Part shown: positions 59,420-64,000 of the stretch, in pieces
Layout: every line of letters starts with the position of its first letter
Position numbering within the stretch: the first letter of the stretch is position 1
From: Basidiobolus meristosporus CBS 931.73
Lineage: Eukaryota; Fungi; Basidiobolomycota
Direction: 5' to 3'
Length of the DNA: 64,000 nt
Assembly: GCA_002104905.1 (NCBI GenBank)
Contig: MCFE01000100.1
Span: 1 to 64,000 of the forward strand
Position numbers and translations under genes: made by a program
Notes under the pieces: generated by a model
What the model saw: only the letters and a program-made list of their open reading frames with translations
The model's database searches: none
Told to the model about the DNA's origin: nothing

Positions 59420-60738
59420 ATGGATTACGCGACCATCTCCGCAATCATAGGCTGGGTATTCCAAAGTCTCTACCTTTAGCCAAAAGCCTTCAAACTAATC
59501 CGCCGTGATCCCTCTATTCTGTAGACTTATTTCCTAGCATGGTCGGCTAGCTTCTACCCTCAGGTATTGTTAAGAAAAGCGAGTCCGTGGTTCGTAAGCT
59601 AAAACTTCATTGTCAGGTTATTCTCAACTTTAAAAGAAAAAGGTGTTTCCTTGCTATACTCCGGAATACAATCAGCTGTGCAGTTTCTTATATTGTTTGA
59701 AAAAGTGTCCAGGGGCTTTCTACGGATTTTGTGGTGTATAATATCTACGGATTCACCTGCTATTCAGTAAGAATCCGTGCACTTAGTAATACAGACAGGT
59801 CTATAATGCTCCTTTTTCAAGCTCTATAACAGCGCATTCTACTGGAGTTCAGAGATCCGCAAAGAATACAGAGATAGAAACGATGGGCATGACAATTTGG
59901 TGCAAGTGAACGACGTATTTTTTGGACTCCATGCACTTCTAGTATCCTTGGTAACACTCGGTCAAATACTGTACTATAAGGTACATTCAACCCCATTTAT
60001 TCAGCTTCTATGCATGCTAAACTGAATCATGATTAGGTCGGCTTTGAGCAACAGCCATCTAAATTGCTGAAGCTATTCACCGCTGTGACACTGGTGATTG
60101 CCAGTGGAATTCTATTATGTATTACAAGTGGATGGGGAATGTGGATTGATCTCCTTTATTTCTTGTCTTATGTCAAGCTCACCATAAGCATCATTAAGTA
60201 CTGCCCTCAGGTATTTCTCTTTGCCACATACTATCTTTCAAGGTATACTCATGGCTCCACTCCTGTAGGTATATTTGAACTGGAAATCAAAGTCCACTGT
60301 AGGATGGAGTATCCACAACATAATTCTGGTTAGTTAATCCATGCTGCATGTGCTTGACCAATGCCTGACATTGTTCGGAAAGGATTTTACTGGAGGAATT
60401 CTTTCCATTGCACAACTACTGCTTGATGCTGCAGTTGCGAATGATTGGAGTGGAATTACTGGGGTATGTTATGTTAATCCTCGCTGAAGTCTGCATCCTT
60501 GCTTACTAATCGCTCATGCCAACAGAACCCAATCAAGCTGTAAGTACGGTCGCTAGTATATCACTTGTTCTCTCTCTAAATATTTGGATTTCGCAGCGGT
60601 TTGGGCTGGGTCAGTATTCTCTTCGACTTGGTGTTCTTCACCCAGCATTACATTCTCTATCCCGACCGAACTGATCCCATCCGCGAGACAGTTGCTGATG
60701 AAGAAAGGCCAATTCTCACCAATAGTGAGCATAGCTAG
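59420..60738 (+). CDS. ERS1: Cystinosin/Ers1 PQ-loop lysosomal/vacuolar cystine transporter
   Basis: GW|TYFLAWSASFYPQ, ENFKRK|SV, VQVNDVFFGLH, YVKL.ISIIKYCPQ, NWKSKSTVGWSIHNI, GGILSIAQL, DLVFFTQHY; C-terminal dileucine-type EERPIL. Confidence 0.93.
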
Positions 60739-61032
60739 GTACAATAAATAGCGCCAACCACGCACACATGATCTCCATAAATAACGTATTGTACAAGAAA
60801 CTAACTTACGTAGATTAAAAAGTGCCACATTAGGAATATACCGCACACAAGTAGCACAGACTTAACTATTCCTTTAGAGTATAGATCCATCACATTGACT
60901 ATTCTGCATTAGGCTAATATATTTACCTTTTGAACGACTATTCTGCATCGGGGGAATTTTATTAATTTGATATATATGGATTACTATATTTGTACATACG
61001 ACTTTATGAACATCTGGGGGATTGGCCAAAGG

Positions 61033-62642
61033 TTACATTCGTTTGAGGAACTTGCCATTGGATCTACGGTGTTTGAACCAGATCAAAAACCCTGTAGCCA
61101 GGAGAGTTGACACACCACAGTAGCTGCATAGAAAATCTGGTTAGAACAGCGCGGAGGGTGAAGATGGGGAACGAGCTACGTACATTATCGCGGTGGTATA
61201 GTCCCTTCCAGAAGACATATCTAAAAGTGCACCCGCAACTGGATTCCCTATCATGTAGCCGACTCCAAGAACACTGTACAGGATTCCAAGATAGCTTGCA
61301 AGCTTAGAAGTGCCATAGATGTCGGCAACTACCACCGGAAGCATCGAAAAATATCCACCAAAGGATATACTACGAAGATGTTAATAATGAACATGCACTG
61401 GCAAGAGACAGCATAAGGTCGTACCCAAATACCAAACAGAATCCGACAAGGACACCGTACGCAGTGGCCTTGAACCACATGGTTAGGATACTAGCACCCA
61501 TGCAAAAAGCGCATATCAGGAGTTGGTTCACTCTGCCAACCCTCTCGGTTACAAAGATGAAAACCAGTCGGCCGGCACACGACGCTCCATTCAAGAGGCC
61601 AATCAAGAGTGCACCCTTGGCAGGAGTGAAGCCTTGGGACACAGCATAGGCTGTTATGATTTGCCAAAGTTAGGGGCGGACATCATGGGAGAAGGGCCGG
61701 CTGTACTTACATGAAATGAAGAAGAATGGAACAAGATGGCCCAGTGAAGAGAGGAAGTTCATTCCTAACAATGAGATGAAATCGAGATCTTTCCAGAGGC
61801 CTCGGGTAATCTTGGCCTTGGGATTTTCATCGGCTTTCTCCAGACTGACGCTTGACCTCCTTTGGGGGACAAGAACGAATGCGGTAACCCCTACCGCAAA
61901 TAAACAGAGGACCCCCAGTATGCGTAAAGTCCAATTGAACCCCACTAGCCTAAACAAAGCATCGATTCCTGGCGCAAACACAAGCCCCCCAACTCCGGCT
62001 CCGCTCACTATTTTTCACAAGAATGTTAGTTTATACTTGGCAGAGTTCGTTGCAAGGGCGTAGCTACCTGCAAGACTGACAGCGGTGGACCTCTTCCTGA
62101 CAAACCAATGAGATGGCGCACTGATGGCTGGGAAATACACCATTGAAGCACCAACACCCAGAAGAAAGCCCTGGGTCAGGTAGAGTTGCCATAGCTATAG
62201 GGAAAGCGCTGTGAGACTCAAAGATGGATCAATGGTGGGCTTTGGAAAGTACCTGTGATGCAAACGACGCTCCTATTAAACTACTCGCAAGGATTACCGA
62301 CCCAATCAATATGGATTGGCGAAAGCCTAGACGCTCCGCCAACGGGCCGGAGAACACACCGAAGACGTAGCATGTGGTGGACTCGATGGTTCCCACCAAT
62401 GCAATCTCCTTGGATGAATGCTGGGTAAATTTGGTTTGCTCGTAGTACTGTTGAAACACCCCGAAGGTGAACTCAAGCCCAAATACAACGAAGTGGACGA
62501 CGAAGCTTCCGAGAACCACCAGCCAGACCCAGCCCTTCTCGGAGTCATTGAAGATCTTGCTCTCCTCGATGGCAGCGACGGTCTCTTCGGTGATCTCTGG
62601 AGAGATGACTTGGAGTTCAAAGGAGGTTTTTTCCCGTTCCAT
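61033..62642 (-). CDS. MFS transporter, monocarboxylate porter (MCH/MCT) family
   Basis: DSEKGWVWLVVLGSF, FGVFQQYY, GPLAERLG.R, LWQLYLTQG..LGVG, PSHWFVKKRS.AV, GAGVGG, GRLVF..ERVGR.N; several introns; stop at 61033. Confidence 0.92.
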
Positions 62643-63689
62643 ACTTTGGACTGACGGGAAGGACAGCCGAATGGCTTTTATAGGAGCTATTCTGTCTTTG
62701 CTGTTGTTTTTCTCACTCCTGTACTCTAATTAGCTCCATTGGCTCATAAGAATAGCACGGAGAATGTACTAGTTTGTGTGACTTTATAATTCACTTTAGT
62801 GTGGTCACACCAGGGTGGCTCAGGATAGGAATCACAGTTCCGGGTAACAATGTCTCAGTTGGGTGGCCACGTTACTAACCCATTGAAGTATATGATCGGA
62901 TTCCTCCTCTCCCTAACGCATCTAAATTGGCCCGGATGCGCATCAAATCCTTTTCATGCAAATCGGTAAACTCAGAGATTATTCCACTCGCAAATCCCTT
63001 TCTAAAGAGGTTCGACAAACAGATTTGCCAAAAAGCTTTGCAAGATTACTCGCTTATTGAGCTGTGATAGCATGACTTGCTATCAGATGCACCATCATTT
63101 CCTCCCTTCTGACCTGTCCCGTTGACAACTCGATGCCATATCGGCCAGCATAATGATAGAGTTACTGCTTGACAGTGCGAAGTTCCAGTTTCGTTTAGCG
63201 ATCATCATTAGCTGAGCCTGCCTTGACCTAGCATCATCGGTCAACTTCATTATGTAGTTTATGCACCATGTCCACCGTAACTTTGTAGCTAATTTGACTG
63301 CGTTGTGAAGGTGTTGAAAATGTCGAGAGTTTGATTGGATGTGAAGAATTGATTGGAGGATCTGGGTTTGGATAGACGGACAAGATCGAGTTGGCCTATA
63401 GTATTGGTGGCAAGGGTGAGATGGTTTGAGGAGAGGAAGATTTTGCGAGGAATGATTTTACGGACAAGCATGGGGTTGTGGAAATAAAGGAATTCTATGA
63501 AGAGGATGTAACTAATGAAGGAATAAGGCTTGCATTCAAGATCTAAGAGCTCTATATTGGAGAGCAGGGTTTTGTTGGGGGAAGATGTTGAGCTTGGGCT
63601 TAGGAGGAGGTTTACTGTTGCGTGCTTGCACTTGTTAACATAAAAGCTGAAGTGAGATGTTGTACTTCAAGAATGTGGTGCAAAATTTA

Positions 63690-64000
63690 TTTGCAGAACA
63701 AGGAAGCTTTTGGATGGCCTTAAGAGGGTACCATCATCTGCTCTAAGTAACCTTTCTTGCAGCTACTGTGAAAGGAAAGGGCACACATCAGACTGGTGCT
63801 TCAAAAATATAATAATCAGAAGAAAATGCCTGAGTATGAAGATGCTGCAACCACTGAAGATGGACTATTCATATCAGCACTCAGTATGACAACAAACAAG
63901 GATTCTCAGATATGGTATATTGACTCTGGAGTATCTCAACACTTAACACACCAAAAAGAACTTTTTACTAAATGTCAAGAAGTTCCAACTAAGAAGGTCT
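63690..64000 (+). mobile_element. Second degenerate copy of the same Ty1/copia family (gag CCHC and protease), running off the window
   Basis: Aligns by eye with 1-325 (e.g. AAAGG.CACACATCAGAC, ACAAACAAGGATTCTCAGA, CACACCAAAAAGAACTTTTTAC). Encodes CSYCERKGHTSDWC and WYIDSGVSQHL, with a 1-nt frameshift between them. Confidence 0.9.

Noticed and set aside
63289-63610. C-rich minus-strand open frame of about 110 codons as a LINE fragment
   Set aside because: No RT, endonuclease or zinc-knuckle motif was recognisable, so it cannot be assigned, though it lies in TE debris.

Overview
Intron-rich fungal nuclear DNA (short GT-AG introns with CTAAC/CTAAT branch points). An early-diverging lineage is inferred from MCM8 plus a cytochrome b5-fused Ole1; Zoopagomycota or Mucoromycota is a guess. 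A gene-dense block of about 56 kb (6.5-62.6 kb) is bounded at both ends by AT-rich transposon debris, including two same-strand, degenerate copies of one Ty1/copia family. Genes in order: NmrA-like, thaumatin-like, OLE1, SPT3, DHH1, five tandem secreted alkaline phosphatases (17.1-30.5 kb), MATE, an uncharacterised repeat protein, SDR, VTS1, RPB12, RPL25, a REDIC1-like MNWTGG protein, a Cdh1/Fzr-like APC activator, an unknown gene, ERG8, PWP2, MCM8, NIP7, cystathionine gamma-synthase, cystinosin/ERS1 and an MCT-type MFS transporter. The most striking structure is the phosphatase array: near-identical catalytic cores, mosaic N-termini, signal peptides and promoters, and at least one CACGTK (Pho4/NUC-1-type) box in every promoter. 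Other leads are a GoLoco-like repeat protein, a head-to-head candidate meiotic gene pair, a PTS1 (ARL) on Erg8, a thaumatin with a swapped cysteine (CPFC), and a hairpin in the RPL25 intron. All family assignments come from motif recognition by eye; no database searches were run.
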